From positions 1 through 64,000 of the forward strand of contig DASXQR010000083.1 of the NCBI GenBank assembly GCA_036507075.1: 64,000 nucleotides of DNA, written 5' to 3'. The notes below the pieces were generated by a model. That model was given only the letters and a program-made list of their open reading frames with translations. It had not been told where the DNA came from and did no database searches. This document shows, in pieces, positions 10,485 to 21,690 of this stretch. The DNA is from Acidobacteriota bacterium (GTDB lineage: Bacteria; Acidobacteriota; UBA6911; JACQSX01). The position numbers and the translations under genes are program-made. Within the stretch, counting starts at the first letter, position 1, and each line of letters begins with the position of its first letter.

Positions 10485-11537
10485 ATGCCTCAACCGGAAA
10501 AGATTGACCAGCGTGATGCGGCTGAGCGTATTCGCGAGGGAGAAAGCTTTCCGCAAGTCACAACAGACCCCATCCTCGAGGTACGCCAACTGTGTGTCGA
10601 GTTCCGGATTTCTGATCAGATTCTGCGTGCCGTCGACAACGTTTCCTTCCAGGTACCGCAACAATCCACCGTAGGGTTGGTGGGAGAATCGGGTTCCGGC
10701 AAAACCCTGACGGCGCTCTCCATTCTTAACCTGCCTCCTGCGGGGGCGCGTATTACAGCCGGATCGATCCTCTTTCGTGGGCGTGATGTTCTCCAGATGA
10801 CTTACCGCGAGCTGCGCCATATTCGGGGGAAAGAGATCGCCTTAATTTTTCAGGAACCAATGTCTTCGCTTAACCCGGTATTGAGCATTCGGACCCAGCT
10901 TACGGAGGGGATGCTGGCACACCTGGATATTTCCAGGGCGGATGCGACACGACGCGCAGTTCAACTCCTTCAGCAGGTCGGCATTTCGGATCCGGAAAGG
11001 AGGCTCCGGGAGTATCCTCACCAGCTTTCCGGGGGAATGCGGCAGCGGGTCATGATCGCCATGGCTTTGGCCTGCGAACCGTCACTGCTGATTGCCGACG
11101 AGCCGACCACCGCTCTTGATGTCACTATTCAGGCGCAGATCCTGGATCTGCTGCGCGATCTGAAGCAGAAATATCGATTGTCAATGCTTCTGATTTCGCA
11201 CGATTTGGGCATCGTTGCACAAAATGCGGATTGGGTCGCCGTCATGTATGCCGGACGGATCGTGGAGTTTGCCTCTTGCAGAGATTTGTTCCACCATCCC
11301 CAACATCCTTACACGCAAGCCCTATTGCGGGCCGTGCCGCGATTAGACCGAAAGTCCGATCGGCTCGAAGCAGTCCCCGGAAGCGTCCCCTCTTTACGCG
11401 CCATCCCGCCCGGCTGCAGTTTCCACCCGCGCTGCCCGGAGATGATTCCCGATTGCACGCCGGCTGTGCCCGAACTCAGAAAAGTCGGCCCCGATCATTG
11501 GGCGCGATGTATCCGGCGGGCGCCGTACGCGGGGTGA
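10485..11537 (+). CDS. Oligopeptide/dipeptide ABC transporter ATP-binding subunit (DppD/OppD-like)
   Basis: [31 protein letters not shown] and C-terminal CxFxxRC. Confidence 0.95.
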   Translation: MPQPEKIDQRDAAERIREGESFPQVTTDPILEVRQLCVEFRISDQILRAVDNVSFQVPQQSTVGLVGESGSGKTLTALSILNLPPAGARITAGSILFRGRDVLQMTYRELRHIRGKEIALIFQEPMSSLNPVLSIRTQLTEGMLAHLDISRADATRRAVQLLQQVGISDPERRLREYPHQLSGGMRQRVMIAMALACEPSLLIADEPTTALDVTIQAQILDLLRDLKQKYRLSMLLISHDLGIVAQNADWVAVMYAGRIVEFASCRDLFHHPQHPYTQALLRAVPRLDRKSDRLEAVPGSVPSLRAIPPGCSFHPRCPEMIPDCTPAVPELRKVGPDHWARCIRRAPYAG

Positions 11538-11544
11538 GGCGGCT

Positions 11545-11743
<199 letters not shown>

Positions 11744-11767
11744 ACTTGACGTCTGCTAACCAGGGAT

Positions 11768-12769
11768 ATGCCGCCAGCGTTACTTAAGGTCACGAATCTA
11801 AAAAAATACTTCCGCTCCGCCGCCGGCTTGTTCGGAAAGAACACTCGTGTTGTCAAGGCAGTGGATGATGTCAGTCTGGAAGTTTTCCCCAGTGAAACAC
11901 TGGGGCTGGTGGGAGAGTCGGGTTGCGGCAAATCCACACTGGGCCGCTGCATCCTGAGACTAATCGAACCGACCGAGGGTAAGGTTGAATTCGATGGTCA
12001 AGATCTGCTGGCACTTGACTCTTCACATTTGAGGCGCAAACGCCGCGACATGCAGATCATTTTCCAGGATCCGTATTCTTCTCTTAATCCCAGAATGCGA
12101 ATCGGCACTGCCGTCGAAGAACCGTTGATTATTCATAAGCTGGCACAGAAGCCGCAGCGCAGGCGAATAATCTCGGATCTGCTGGAGCTGGTTGGGCTCC
12201 AGCCTCAGGACGCGTCGCGCTATCCCCACGAATTCAGCGGCGGCCAGCGCCAGCGGATCGGTATTGCGCGCGCACTGGCTTCCAATCCAAAGTTTATCGT
12301 GGCCGATGAGCCGGTCTCTTCGCTTGACGTTTCCATTCAAGCGCAGATTGTCAACCTGCTGGGGGAGCTGCAAAAGACATTTCAGCTTGCGTTTCTTTTC
12401 ATATCGCACGGCCTGCCGGTGATCCGCCACATCTGCCACCGGGTGTCCGTGATGTATCTGGGTAAGATCGTAGAGGAAGCTCCCACGGCCGAACTTTTTG
12501 AGAATCCCCTGCACCCCTACACAAAACTGCTGCTGGCCGCTGTACCGGAGCCGGATCCGGATGCGCGCAAGGAGGTCGCCAGCCGGGAAGCAGGCCAGGA
12601 GGCCCTGGATATTCCCAGCGCCTCGAATCCGCCGCCCGGTTGCCGATTCCACACGCGCTGTCCCGAAGTCATGGATAAATGCCGCCAATGGGAGCCTGAG
12701 CTGGTGGAACTCCGCCCCGGACACAAAGTCGCCTGCTTCCTGCATCATGACACAGTCAAAAAAGCGTGA
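11768..12769 (+). CDS. Oligopeptide/dipeptide ABC transporter ATP-binding subunit (DppF/OppF-like)
   Basis: [30 protein letters not shown] and CRFHTRC. Confidence 0.95.
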   Translation: MPPALLKVTNLKKYFRSAAGLFGKNTRVVKAVDDVSLEVFPSETLGLVGESGCGKSTLGRCILRLIEPTEGKVEFDGQDLLALDSSHLRRKRRDMQIIFQDPYSSLNPRMRIGTAVEEPLIIHKLAQKPQRRRIISDLLELVGLQPQDASRYPHEFSGGQRQRIGIARALASNPKFIVADEPVSSLDVSIQAQIVNLLGELQKTFQLAFLFISHGLPVIRHICHRVSVMYLGKIVEEAPTAELFENPLHPYTKLLLAAVPEPDPDARKEVASREAGQEALDIPSASNPPPGCRFHTRCPEVMDKCRQWEPELVELRPGHKVACFLHHDTVKKA

Positions 12770-12779
12770 ACCGCCAAAA

Positions 12780-13320
12780 ACTGAACCGCCAAGAACGCCA
12801 AGAGCGGCAAGCCATAAAAATAATTTCGTTGTTTTGACTCTGTGTCAGTTATGTGATCGGAGGAGGTCAAGAATGACCCCTGATGACATGGCGCGGGAGA
12901 TCGTCGACTCGGCGATAAAAGTGCACAGAGCGCTGGGACCAGGTCTATTGGAATCTGCGTACCAGTCATGTCTTGCTTACGAGTTGCGTAGACGAGGTTA
13001 TCGAGTCGACTGTGAGGTGCCGGTTCCATTGGAGTACGATGGGTCAAAGATCGACGTGGCTTACCGGTTGGATTTGCTGGTTGAGCAGTCTGTGATCGTG
13101 GAAATTAAAGCGTGTGAAGGGATCCTTCCGATTCATTTGGCGCAGGTCTTGACATATCTTAAGCTGAGAAAACTCACACTTGGGTTCATACTCAACTTCA
13201 ATGTGAAACTGCTAAAGCAAGGTATTAAGCGGGTGGTATCCAAGCATCAGAATAGCAACTGCTTGCAGGATGGTAACAACGAAGATTAACCCAAAACCTT
13301 GGCGTTCTTGGCGGTTCAGT
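12780..13320. mobile_element. Putative mini-element: GxxExxY gene bounded by perfect 23-bp inverted repeats
   Basis: ACTGAACCGCCAAGAACGCCAAG (12780-12802) is the exact reverse complement of 13298-13320. The cassette fills the gap between two convergent stop codons. Mobility is inferred. Confidence 0.6.
12873..13289 (+). CDS. GxxExxY family protein (PD-(D/E)XK nuclease superfamily), 138 aa
   Basis: GGAGGAGG RBS before ATG 12873. Motifs VHRALGPGLLESAY, RLDLLVE, IVEIK, AQVLTYLK and GFILNF. Confidence 0.95.
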   Translation: MTPDDMAREIVDSAIKVHRALGPGLLESAYQSCLAYELRRRGYRVDCEVPVPLEYDGSKIDVAYRLDLLVEQSVIVEIKACEGILPIHLAQVLTYLKLRKLTLGFILNFNVKLLKQGIKRVVSKHQNSNCLQDGNNED

Positions 13321-13321
13321 C

Positions 13322-14566
13322 TTATTCGTACCGCAGCGCCTCGATGGGGTCGAGTTTTGCGGCCTTGGCGGCGGGCCAGATACCGAAGAACAAACCCACA
13401 CTCACCGATCCCAGGAAGCCGAATGCGATTGCCCAGGCAGGAACGACGGCGGGCAGGTTGGGCATCAACCGATTGATGGCAAACGCCAGCAACATTCCAA
13501 ACACAATCCCCAGCAGGCCCCCGGCGCCGGTCAGCGCCATCGCTTCAGTTAGAAACTGCAACACGATGTCAATGCGGCGGGCGCCGATCGCCTTGCGGAT
13601 TCCGATCTCCCTGGTCCGCTCGGTTACCGATACCAGCATGATGTTCATCACGCCCACTCCTCCTACCATAAAAGCCACCGAAGAAATTGCCACCATCACG
13701 GCAAGCACGGCAAAGGTGATCTGGTCGAATCTTTCAATGATGCTCTGGGCGGTGCCGATTCCAAAGTTATCCGGCTGGTTGTGTTTGACATGACGGCGGC
13801 GCCGAAGCAGTTCAGTGATCTGATCCAAGGCTTTGTCGAGTTGGCCTTCCCTAGCCCGTGCTGCGATGAAATGGTCATCCGCGTTGGGGTAGATCTTCTT
13901 GAACGTCCGGTAAGGAATAGAAATATAGTTGTCCTCGCTGTCATCGCCAAAGGCGCCCGCTTTGTGCTTTTCCTCCACCCCGATAACCCGGAAATTCTTT
14001 CCGTCAACCGTGATTTCCTTTTCAAGCGCACTCAGGTTGGGAAACAGTGCGTCCTTGACGTTGGCGCCAATCACGGCCACCTCGGTTGCATGCTCGTTTT
14101 CAGCGGCGGAAAAATAACGGCCATCCTCCAGAGATACATTGCCCACCATCTCCCACTCGGAGAAACCGCCCCGCAATCCAGTCGTTTGTGCTTCCCGACC
14201 GCGGTATTTGACCGCCGGTGGCGGGAACTTCTCCAGTCCCGCCGAGACATGCTCCACGGCCGGACACAGATCACGAATCGCTTCGGCGTCCTCCACTGTG
14301 AGCGGCTTGCGCTGGCGCACTTCGGGAGGCATGCGCCCCATCTGAAAAAGCGGGAATCGATGAATGTAGATGTTCCGGGTGCCGAACTCTTCCACCGAGC
14401 TGATCACGCTGTGGCGGAATCCGTTCAGCACGGAAGCCACGCCGATGATGATGAACACGCCGATGAACACGCCCAGAATGGTAAGAAAGGTGCGAAACTT
14501 GTGCTGGCGCAGCGTGTCGAGCGCCAGCAGCACGTTTTCCTTGAGGGTTACAAATCTCAGTCGCAT
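13322..14566 (-). CDS. ABC transporter permease, MacB/FtsX family
   Basis: RTFLTILGVFIGV, GGVGVMNIMLVSVTERTREIGIRKAIGA and DPIEALRYE. Confidence 0.95.
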   Translation of the reverse strand: MRLRFVTLKENVLLALDTLRQHKFRTFLTILGVFIGVFIIIGVASVLNGFRHSVISSVEEFGTRNIYIHRFPLFQMGRMPPEVRQRKPLTVEDAEAIRDLCPAVEHVSAGLEKFPPPAVKYRGREAQTTGLRGGFSEWEMVGNVSLEDGRYFSAAENEHATEVAVIGANVKDALFPNLSALEKEITVDGKNFRVIGVEEKHKAGAFGDDSEDNYISIPYRTFKKIYPNADDHFIAARAREGQLDKALDQITELLRRRRHVKHNQPDNFGIGTAQSIIERFDQITFAVLAVMVAISSVAFMVGGVGVMNIMLVSVTERTREIGIRKAIGARRIDIVLQFLTEAMALTGAGGLLGIVFGMLLAFAINRLMPNLPAVVPAWAIAFGFLGSVSVGLFFGIWPAAKAAKLDPIEALRYE

Positions 14567-14579
14567 AAACTTGAACCCG

Positions 14580-15908
14580 CTACTCGGAACGCAAAGCTTC
14601 GATGGGATCCAGCCTGGCCGCCTTTCGCGCCGGGTAGATTCCAAAAAAAATGCCGATCACCGAGCACAGTCCCACCGCCAGCAGAGGAGCCCACAACGGA
14701 AACTGCGAAGGCAGCGGCGTGGTGTGGGCGATGGTGAACGAAGTCAGAAATCCCAGCGCCACCCCGATAAAACCTCCTACGCAGCAGAGAATCACCGACT
14801 CGATCAGGAACTGCTTCATGATGTCGGCGTGCCGGGCGCCCACGGCCTTGCGAACGCCCACTTCCTTGGTTCGCTCTATCACCGATACGAGCATGATGTT
14901 CATGATCACAATCCCGCCCACCACCAGAGATATTCCGACAACAAACACCGCCACCGAAAAAATAATACGCGTGAGATTTTCGAATATGTTGTTGATGCCC
15001 GCCGATGTGATGATGCCGAAATTGTCGTTGTCCTTATACCGCAGGTGCCGGCGGGCGCGCAGAACCATGCGTGCCTGATCGATGGAGTTTTCCATACTCT
15101 TTGGATCTTTCGCCTTAACCCAGATGGAAATACTGCGCCTGATGCCGTACATACGCTGGAACATGCCCAGAGGAATATAGGCAAAGGTATCCTTCGACTG
15201 TCCCAGAGCAGAGCCCTGCTTTTCGGCCACTCCCACAACCAGAAAGTCACGCCCGCCGATCTTCAGGGTCTTACCGACCGGATCACTATTGGGAAAGAGG
15301 TTGTCGACAACGTCGGTTCCGATAAAAACCACGGGCGCATCGCGATCCCCTTCCTGAGGGCTAAAGAATCGGCCAGAACCCACATTGACCTTCTGGATAT
15401 AGATCATGTTGGACGTCATCCCCGCCACGATCACGTCCATCATCTTCTGATTCCCATACCCAAGTGTTTCGCGCATGCCGATGCGCGCTCCTACTTCCTG
15501 AGCGTCCCACAACTGGCTGCGTACGGCGTCGAAATCTTCCATCTTCAACTCGCGGTTCCTCTTTATCGCGTCCAGGAAAGCCTCATGCGACGTGATGATC
15601 CCGAACTGATCCACGATGAAGACATTGGCTCCCAGGTCGGCGACTTTCTCCTGCCAGTAAATATCCAGCCCGCGAATAATCGAGATCACCGCAATAATGG
15701 AGGTAATCCCGATGATTACTCCCAGCAGGGTAAGAAAAGTGCGAAGCTTATTGGCGCGCAGCGACTGAAGCGCGATCTTGAAGCCGTCGCTGACCGGCAT
15801 CCCTGTGTGCTCGTGCGCAGCCAGTCGCAGATGCTGCGATCCGGACGGCGCGATCCCGGAGCCCCGGGATTCCGGGTAAGACGCAGCCGCGGTAAAGGAG
15901 TCTTTCAT
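14580..15908 (-). CDS. ABC transporter permease, MacB/FtsX family
   Basis: RTFLTLLGVIIGI, GGIVIMNIMLVSVIERTKEVGVRKA and DPIEALRSE. The start could be 15800. Confidence 0.93.
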   Translation of the reverse strand: MKDSFTAAASYPESRGSGIAPSGSQHLRLAAHEHTGMPVSDGFKIALQSLRANKLRTFLTLLGVIIGITSIIAVISIIRGLDIYWQEKVADLGANVFIVDQFGIITSHEAFLDAIKRNRELKMEDFDAVRSQLWDAQEVGARIGMRETLGYGNQKMMDVIVAGMTSNMIYIQKVNVGSGRFFSPQEGDRDAPVVFIGTDVVDNLFPNSDPVGKTLKIGGRDFLVVGVAEKQGSALGQSKDTFAYIPLGMFQRMYGIRRSISIWVKAKDPKSMENSIDQARMVLRARRHLRYKDNDNFGIITSAGINNIFENLTRIIFSVAVFVVGISLVVGGIVIMNIMLVSVIERTKEVGVRKAVGARHADIMKQFLIESVILCCVGGFIGVALGFLTSFTIAHTTPLPSQFPLWAPLLAVGLCSVIGIFFGIYPARKAARLDPIEALRSE

Positions 15909-15929
15909 GTTTAAAGTGCCATCCGGAGG

Positions 15930-16018
15930 ACTGGGGTCAGGTCTTCAGAATTCATTTTTTGGCCGTCGGACTCAAGCAAATGCAACCAAAAAATGAATTC
16001 TGAAGACCTGACCCCAGT
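15930..16018. repeat. Perfect 33-bp inverted repeat (GGGGTCAGGTCTT type) with a 23-nt loop, inside the operon
   Basis: 15930-15962 is the exact reverse complement of 15986-16018. Confidence 0.95.
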
Positions 16019-16025
16019 TAGGGGG

Positions 16026-16727
16026 CTACCGGCGCGATACATCCTTTTCAATCTGGCCGTCGCGGATCGAAATGATCCGATGAGCGTGCTCGGCAACATC
16101 GTGCTCGTGCGTGACCAGAATGATCGTATTTCCGTTGTCGTGCAGGCGCTGAAAAAGAGCCATGATTTCCTGCCCGGTCTGCGAGTCCAGGTTTCCCGTC
16201 GGCTCGTCGGCAAGAATGATGGATGGCCGGTTGACCAGGGCCCGGGCGACAGCGACGCGCTGGCGCTGGCCGCCGGAAAGTTCGTTCGGCCGGTGATTCA
16301 TGCGGTCTTCCAGTTCGACTTTGCGCAGAGCTTCCTTGGCGCGTTCCCGACGCTCGGCGGGCGGCGTGCCGTTGTAGATCAGCGGGAGCTCTACATTGTG
16401 CAGAGCCGTGGCACGCGGCAATAGATTGAAAGTTTGGAACACAAATCCAATCTCCCTGTTTCGGATATACGCCAGCTCGTCGTCGGCCATGTCGCTGACC
16501 AGCTTGCTGTTCAAGAAATAGCGGCCCTGCGAAGGAGTATCCAGACAGCCAATCAGATTCATCAGTGTAGATTTCCCCGAACCACTCGGCCCCATGATAG
16601 CGACGTACTCATTCGGTTTGATATTGAATGTCACTCCCTTGAGGGCGTGGATCTGCTCTGAACCCATTTGGTAGGTTTTCCAGAGGTTTTCCGTCTGAAT
16701 CAAGTTGCCGTTGGTCGCGTCCATCAC
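16026..16727 (-). CDS. ABC transporter ATP-binding protein (MacB/LolD-like)
   Basis: [28 protein letters not shown] and VTHE. Confidence 0.95.
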   Translation of the reverse strand: MMDATNGNLIQTENLWKTYQMGSEQIHALKGVTFNIKPNEYVAIMGPSGSGKSTLMNLIGCLDTPSQGRYFLNSKLVSDMADDELAYIRNREIGFVFQTFNLLPRATALHNVELPLIYNGTPPAERRERAKEALRKVELEDRMNHRPNELSGGQRQRVAVARALVNRPSIILADEPTGNLDSQTGQEIMALFQRLHDNGNTIILVTHEHDVAEHAHRIISIRDGQIEKDVSRR

Positions 16728-18217
16728 TGTGCCTTTTCTTCGGTCTTGGCTGCCGTGCTGTTGTCCACCTTCACGGCATCACCATCCTTCAGATTTCGCA
16801 GCGTCTTGTAACTGCCTGTTACGATTTCTTCGCCTTTGGTAAGTCCTTTCGTGATTTCGATATCCGTGACTCCGGTGATTCCGGTTTCAACCGGCCGGAA
16901 AACCGCATTCCCATCCTTTCCGACAACGAAAACTCCCTGCAGTTCCTTCTTCTTGGTTTTCTTAGCGTCATCGGCGCGCACCGCCTTGGGATCACGCGGC
17001 TTCTTCTTAGGCGGAACATAGTTTCCCTTTTCGTCGACATCTACCTCACGAATGGCCAAGGCCTGGATCGGAACAGTCAGCACGGACTGCTTAGTAGCCG
17101 TGGTAATTTCAGCGGTTGCCGACAGGCCGGGCCTCAGATTGGGAGGAGGTTCCGCCAACTGGATAACAACCTTGAAATCTTTTGCTTGCTGCGACGAGGA
17201 GCTCGTCTGAACCGCCTGCTGCGACTTGGTAGCGGCGTTGATGGCGCTGTTGCCCACTTCCGTCACAACACCCTTGAGCGGTTTATCCTGCAGCGCGTCC
17301 ACGGTGATCTTTGCAGGTTGTCCCAGCTTCACATTAATAATGTCGGTCTCGTCCACTTTCACCTCGGCTTCGATGATGGACAGATCAGCGATCACCATCA
17401 ATGTGGCCGAAGGATTATTCAAAGTTCCGGGGACGGCGCGCTCCCCAGCTTCAACATTCATCTTGGTGATAATGCCGGTAAGGGGCGACCGAAGCACCGT
17501 CTTATCAAGCAAGTCCTGCGTCTTGTGCAACATGGCTCGGCCCTGCGCCACACGACTCATCATCGCCCGGTAGCTCTCATCGGCCTGCTTCAGGCTCACT
17601 TTGGAAACATTCATCTGTGCTTCCGCCCTCTTAAGAGTAGAACGGGCCGAGACCAGGCGGGCTTCGTAACTGGCCAGCTCATTCTTGGCCGCGTCGTAAT
17701 CCTCGTTGGCCAGCAGCTTCTCTTCGTGGAGCTGCTGCTTTCGCTTGAACTTGCTCTTGGCGCGTTCCAAATCACTCTCGGCCTGTTGCAGCTCGGCTCG
17801 CGAGGAATCAACGGTTGCCTGGTCGCGCAGCAGGTTGGCCTCCGCAACGGACAACTGTCCCTTCATATTCGAGGCCTCATAAGTCTGAGCCTCAACACTG
17901 GCTGCCTGTGCGCGCAGATCTGCTTCCGACTGCGTTGGATCAATTCGCAGCAGAATGTCACCCTTGTTGACCCGATCGCCTTCTTTGACGGAAAGGAAAG
18001 TGATCACGCCGACGATCTCCGCCTGCAGTTCGACATAGTTTTTGGGTCGAATCTCACCGGAGGCCGTAACACGGGATTCGAGCAAGTCCTTCTGGGTTAC
18101 CTTCCCCGTCTGTACGACGACGCGGTTCTTTCTGGTGGCCTTGATGCTGACAAAGATCGCCACCGCGATGACAACCAATGCTACCGACCCTATAATAATC
18201 TTCCTTTTCTTAGACAT
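16724..18217 (-). CDS. Efflux periplasmic adaptor subunit (MacA/HlyD-like)
   Basis: N-terminal TM anchor, lipoyl half-motifs (VKEGDRV, SPLTG), long coiled coil, VDETDI and LRPGLSA. Confidence 0.92.
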   Translation of the reverse strand: MSKKRKIIIGSVALVVIAVAIFVSIKATRKNRVVVQTGKVTQKDLLESRVTASGEIRPKNYVELQAEIVGVITFLSVKEGDRVNKGDILLRIDPTQSEADLRAQAASVEAQTYEASNMKGQLSVAEANLLRDQATVDSSRAELQQAESDLERAKSKFKRKQQLHEEKLLANEDYDAAKNELASYEARLVSARSTLKRAEAQMNVSKVSLKQADESYRAMMSRVAQGRAMLHKTQDLLDKTVLRSPLTGIITKMNVEAGERAVPGTLNNPSATLMVIADLSIIEAEVKVDETDIINVKLGQPAKITVDALQDKPLKGVVTEVGNSAINAATKSQQAVQTSSSSQQAKDFKVVIQLAEPPPNLRPGLSATAEITTATKQSVLTVPIQALAIREVDVDEKGNYVPPKKKPRDPKAVRADDAKKTKKKELQGVFVVGKDGNAVFRPVETGITGVTDIEITKGLTKGEEIVTGSYKTLRNLKDGDAVKVDNSTAAKTEEKAQ

Positions 18218-18624
18218 TAACGTGAGACTCCTGCACGGCTACATACGAATATCGCTGTGAAAATGTTTCAAGTTACAGCGCGTAGGCTTCCCGGGATTAA
18301 GCTAAATACAAGAGTCTCTAATGAAGGCAAAAAAGTCAAGGTTAACTGGCCTGAACGACGTGCCCACTCACAGAGAACGTGTGAAAAAATCGACGCCACC
18401 GGGCTTGTCCCAGTGGTGAGCACGATTCTTCACTAGAAAGCAGACCGCACCCATTTTTGGATGCAGTTTTTTCTTGTTCGGTGCGATGCAGGACCGAAGT
18501 GTTAATCGCGGAATTGCCGGGTGTTGCCGGCGTGTGAGCTAAAGGAGGGACGGAACAAACGTATCAGATTAAGAATGAGTGACTTACCGAGGTTAGTGAG
18601 GTGCGTTCGACGAGGAAAAGGCGG

Positions 18625-18686
18625 AACCGCGAAGGCGCGAGGGCGCAAATGATTTTAGCTTCGCGCTTTCGCGCCTTCGCGTTGAA
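18625..18686. repeat. ACCRC-type 8-nt-period palindrome (CGCGAAGG units)
   Basis: AACCGCGAAGGCGCGAGGGCGC ... TTCGCGCTTTCGCGCCTTCGCGTTGAA. Confidence 0.8.
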
Positions 18687-18691
18687 TTCTT

Positions 18692-19591
18692 TTATCTATG
18701 CGGCACCTCTTCCAGCCTGCTTCTGGCCTCTTCTGCAAATTCACTGTTGCGATCCAGGCCTGCGACAATCCGGTATAGTCTTGCGGCCTCATCTGGATCG
18801 TCATTTTTTTCATATACTTCGGCCATGTAAAAGTAGGCTGGCTGGTAGCCCGGGCTGAGGCGGAGCGTTTTTTCGAAGTTCACCAGAGCATCTTCATACA
18901 CGCCCCGGTCGGCCTGCAGATTTGCCAGAATGAAGAACCCTTCCGGATCATCCGGCTTCAGCCCGACATACTTCTGAAACTGAGCCGTTGCCCGCTGCAG
19001 CAGGCCGTACTGGGCCAGCGTCAATCCCAGGTTGTACCGGGCATCCGCGTTTTCGGGCTCATCGATGACTTTCTGATACAGCCGAAGGAGCTCCTCGGAA
19101 ACAATCGTTTCGGAATGATCGAGCCGGTCGTCAAAGGGGCTGGCGCCCGTCAATGCCATCAACCACTTCCGATGCCGGTCGGCGAACTGGACTCCCGGTT
19201 CAACACCCTGATCTATCCAGATTTTCAATTCCTCGGAAAGGTCTTCCAGCCGTTCCTTTGACTCGGCCTGCTCATACAGCTTCATCAAGTTCCAGTACTG
19301 GTCGCTGCCTTCCTCTGCCAGCGGCAAGGCGGTCTCTAACGCCTCGACAGCCGACGCGGTTTCGCCCGCGTCCATGAAGTTCTGATAGCGCTCAAGATTT
19401 TTCTGCACCAGTTGCTGTTCTACTGCGCGCAGCTTTTGGCTGATCTCATCTGCCTGATGGCCGGGTTCCGCCCCGCGAAGCGCCTTGATGTATTCAAGGC
19501 GTGCAAAACCAAGCTGTCCGTCGGCGGTGTAATCGTCAGCCCGGGCAATAATGCGATCAATTTCTTCAGGACTCAAATTCTTAAAGAACAT
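18692..19591 (-). CDS. Tetratricopeptide repeat protein
   Basis: C-terminal TPR consensus (ARYNLGLTL, GFFILANL, AYFYMAEVY). Confidence 0.85.
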   Translation of the reverse strand: MFFKNLSPEEIDRIIARADDYTADGQLGFARLEYIKALRGAEPGHQADEISQKLRAVEQQLVQKNLERYQNFMDAGETASAVEALETALPLAEEGSDQYWNLMKLYEQAESKERLEDLSEELKIWIDQGVEPGVQFADRHRKWLMALTGASPFDDRLDHSETIVSEELLRLYQKVIDEPENADARYNLGLTLAQYGLLQRATAQFQKYVGLKPDDPEGFFILANLQADRGVYEDALVNFEKTLRLSPGYQPAYFYMAEVYEKNDDPDEAARLYRIVAGLDRNSEFAEEARSRLEEVPHR

Positions 19592-19640
19592 ATCTTTGAA
19601 TCCAACTTAGCACCGTTGGCAAGTTTAGGCTAGCCAGCCT

Positions 19641-19795
19641 CAAATTCGGATTTCGGAATGCGGAATGCGGAATAAGAGCTGTCTGTCGTCCGTGGTCCGT
19701 GGTCCATTGTTTGCTAACCGATCACGTGGCCATGCACAACTGACCACGGACAACGGACAATTATTCCGCATTCCGCATTCCGAAATCCGAATTTG
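19641..19795. repeat. Nested MITE-like element, copy 1 of 3
   Basis: CAAAT...(GGAATGC)n arms, inner (TCCGTGG)/(GACAACG) arms, core TAACCGATCACGTGGCCATGCACAACTG. Confidence 0.9.
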
Positions 19796-19852
19796 GATGT
19801 GACCCCAACTCGAAACCACGACGGAATTGCTGATATGCTGAATGTTTTGACC

Positions 19853-21064
19853 ATGATTTCGGTAAGTCAGGCCCTGGAAATAATTCGAGTCCATACGCCC
19901 GCACCACAACCGGACGAAGTGAGCCTGGAGGATGCCTGCGGACGAACGCTTTGCAAAGATATTTATACCGACACGCCCATTCCCCCTTTTCATCGCGCCA
20001 CTATGGACGGTTTTGCTTTTCGCGCAGCCGACGTTTCCCTTCCCGGAACCCGGCTTCGTGTTGTCGGCGAATCCGCGGCAGGTCATGGGTTCCCTGGAAC
20101 AGTCGGGCGAGGCGAGGCGGTACGCATTATGACCGGAGCGGCGGTTCCCAGCGGCGCCGATTGTGTCGCGATGGTTGAGAAAACCAGCTCGGAAGGCGAG
20201 ATAGTCGTCATCCAGGAAGCCGGGCACGGAGGCAAAAATATTGCTCCCGCGGGAAGTGAGGTTGGAATGTCCGATTTCATCCCGGCGGGACGTCGCATCG
20301 GCGCGGCCGACCTGGCTGTGCTTGCGGCCTTCGGCGCGACCCGCGTGCCGGTATATCGCGATCCCGAAGTGGCGGTACTGGTCACAGGCGACGAATTGAT
20401 CGAACCGGGATGCAAACCGGCAGGGACGCAAATTCGAAATTCGAATGCCTACTCGCTTCGCGCCCAGGTTCGATCGTGCGGGATCGAGCCTCATTATCTG
20501 GGAGTGGCACCCGATAAAGAAGAAATTCTGCAGTCCAAAATAGAAGCGTCCCTTGCGCACGACGTGGCGGTGTTCAGTGGTGGAGTTTCGGTGGGCCAAT
20601 ATGATCTGATCTCCACCTGCCTGGAGCGCCTAAAAGCCCGGATTCATTTCAACAAGGTTTCTTTGAAACCCGGAAAGCCGCTGACATTTGCAACATTACA
20701 CGGGAAATTGCTGTTCGGCCTGCCGGGCAATCCAGTCTCCTGCTTTGTCACTTTTGAGATATTCGTTCGACCGGTAATCGCGGCGCTTCAGGGAAGACAA
20801 TACGCGCCGCAGCGAATCCTCGCGACGGCGCAAAACAGCTTCACCAACAAGGGTCCCAGGCCGTATTATGCTCCTGCGCTTACCCGCTGCACCGACGGCG
20901 GGTGGGAAACAAAAATTCTCGCCATACGGGGTTCCGCCGACATTTTTCGATTTTCGGAGGCTGACAGCCTTGTCCTGTTGCCCCCCGACACAGAGTTGAC
21001 AGCCGGAGACCGCGTCAGCGTGTTGCTGCTAAACGATTATCTGGAAAGGACAGGCCGACAATGA
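19853..21064 (+). CDS. moeA: Molybdopterin molybdenumtransferase MoeA
   Basis: PPFHRATMDGFA, RIMTGA, TGDEL, SGGVSVG, KPGKP and GLPGNPVS. Confidence 0.95.
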   Translation: MISVSQALEIIRVHTPAPQPDEVSLEDACGRTLCKDIYTDTPIPPFHRATMDGFAFRAADVSLPGTRLRVVGESAAGHGFPGTVGRGEAVRIMTGAAVPSGADCVAMVEKTSSEGEIVVIQEAGHGGKNIAPAGSEVGMSDFIPAGRRIGAADLAVLAAFGATRVPVYRDPEVAVLVTGDELIEPGCKPAGTQIRNSNAYSLRAQVRSCGIEPHYLGVAPDKEEILQSKIEASLAHDVAVFSGGVSVGQYDLISTCLERLKARIHFNKVSLKPGKPLTFATLHGKLLFGLPGNPVSCFVTFEIFVRPVIAALQGRQYAPQRILATAQNSFTNKGPRPYYAPALTRCTDGGWETKILAIRGSADIFRFSEADSLVLLPPDTELTAGDRVSVLLLNDYLERTGRQ

Positions 21065-21513
21065 ACGAATTCTCCCACTTTGACGCGCATGGCAGAGCTC
21101 GAATGGTGGACGTTTCACACAAACCGGACCAGAAGAGAGTCGCGCGCGCGTTGGGCAAAGTCCAGCTTTCTCCCGAAACATTGCGTCAAATCAACGAAGG
21201 TCTGCTGCCGAAGGGAGATCCCTTTGAAACCGTTCGCATCGCCGGCATTCAGGCAGCCAAGCGGACCAGCGAGTTGATTCCGCTGTGTCATCCGCTGGCG
21301 ATCACTCAGGTAGACATCGATCTGTCGATCAGCGACCAGGGGGTTGAAATCCAGTCCAAAGTTGTGTGCGTCGGGCCGACCGGTGCTGAAATGGAAGCGT
21401 TGACGGCGGTGTCGGTGGCCGCCCTGACGCTCTACGACATGTGCAAGGCAGTCGACAGCAAAATAGTAATCGGCCCGATATGGTTGATGGAAAAAACTAA
21501 GGAGATAATTTGA
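21061..21513 (+). CDS. moaC: Cyclic pyranopterin monophosphate synthase MoaC
   Basis: ARMVDVS, KGD, LIPLCHPL, TGAEMEAL and YDMCKAVD. ATGA overlap with moeA. Confidence 0.97.
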   Translation: MNEFSHFDAHGRARMVDVSHKPDQKRVARALGKVQLSPETLRQINEGLLPKGDPFETVRIAGIQAAKRTSELIPLCHPLAITQVDIDLSISDQGVEIQSKVVCVGPTGAEMEALTAVSVAALTLYDMCKAVDSKIVIGPIWLMEKTKEII

Positions 21514-21515
21514 AT

Positions 21516-21685
21516 GTGGTCCGTGGTCCGTTGCCCGTTGTCAGTGTGGTCAGTGGCGATCTCAACGTCTGAAAGTCGAATGTCGAAAGTCGAAGGTCGC
21601 CGGTTGGTTTTTGACTTTCGACTTTCGACTTTCTAACTTTCGACCTTCCCAAGTCAACTGACAACGGACTACTGACAACGGACAG
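21516..21685. repeat. Nested heptamer palindrome (outer GTCCGTT/GACAACG, inner TCGAAAG/CTTTCGA)
   Basis: Two inverted heptamer families, one nested inside the other, between the convergent moaC and skp. Confidence 0.85.
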
Positions 21686-21690
21686 TCTTT

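Noticed and set aside
12498..12872. 125-aa N-terminal extension of the GxxExxY ORF, or a frameshift fusion with dppF
   Set aside because: It overlaps dppF out of frame and crosses the repeat arm. A strong RBS at ATG 12873 gives the normal family length.
18372..18520. ncRNA or IS remnant (GTGTGAAAAAATCG, also at 37590; CCACCGGGCTTGTCCCAGTGG hairpin)
   Set aside because: It resembles element ends, but no partner end, ORF or known RNA structure could be supported.
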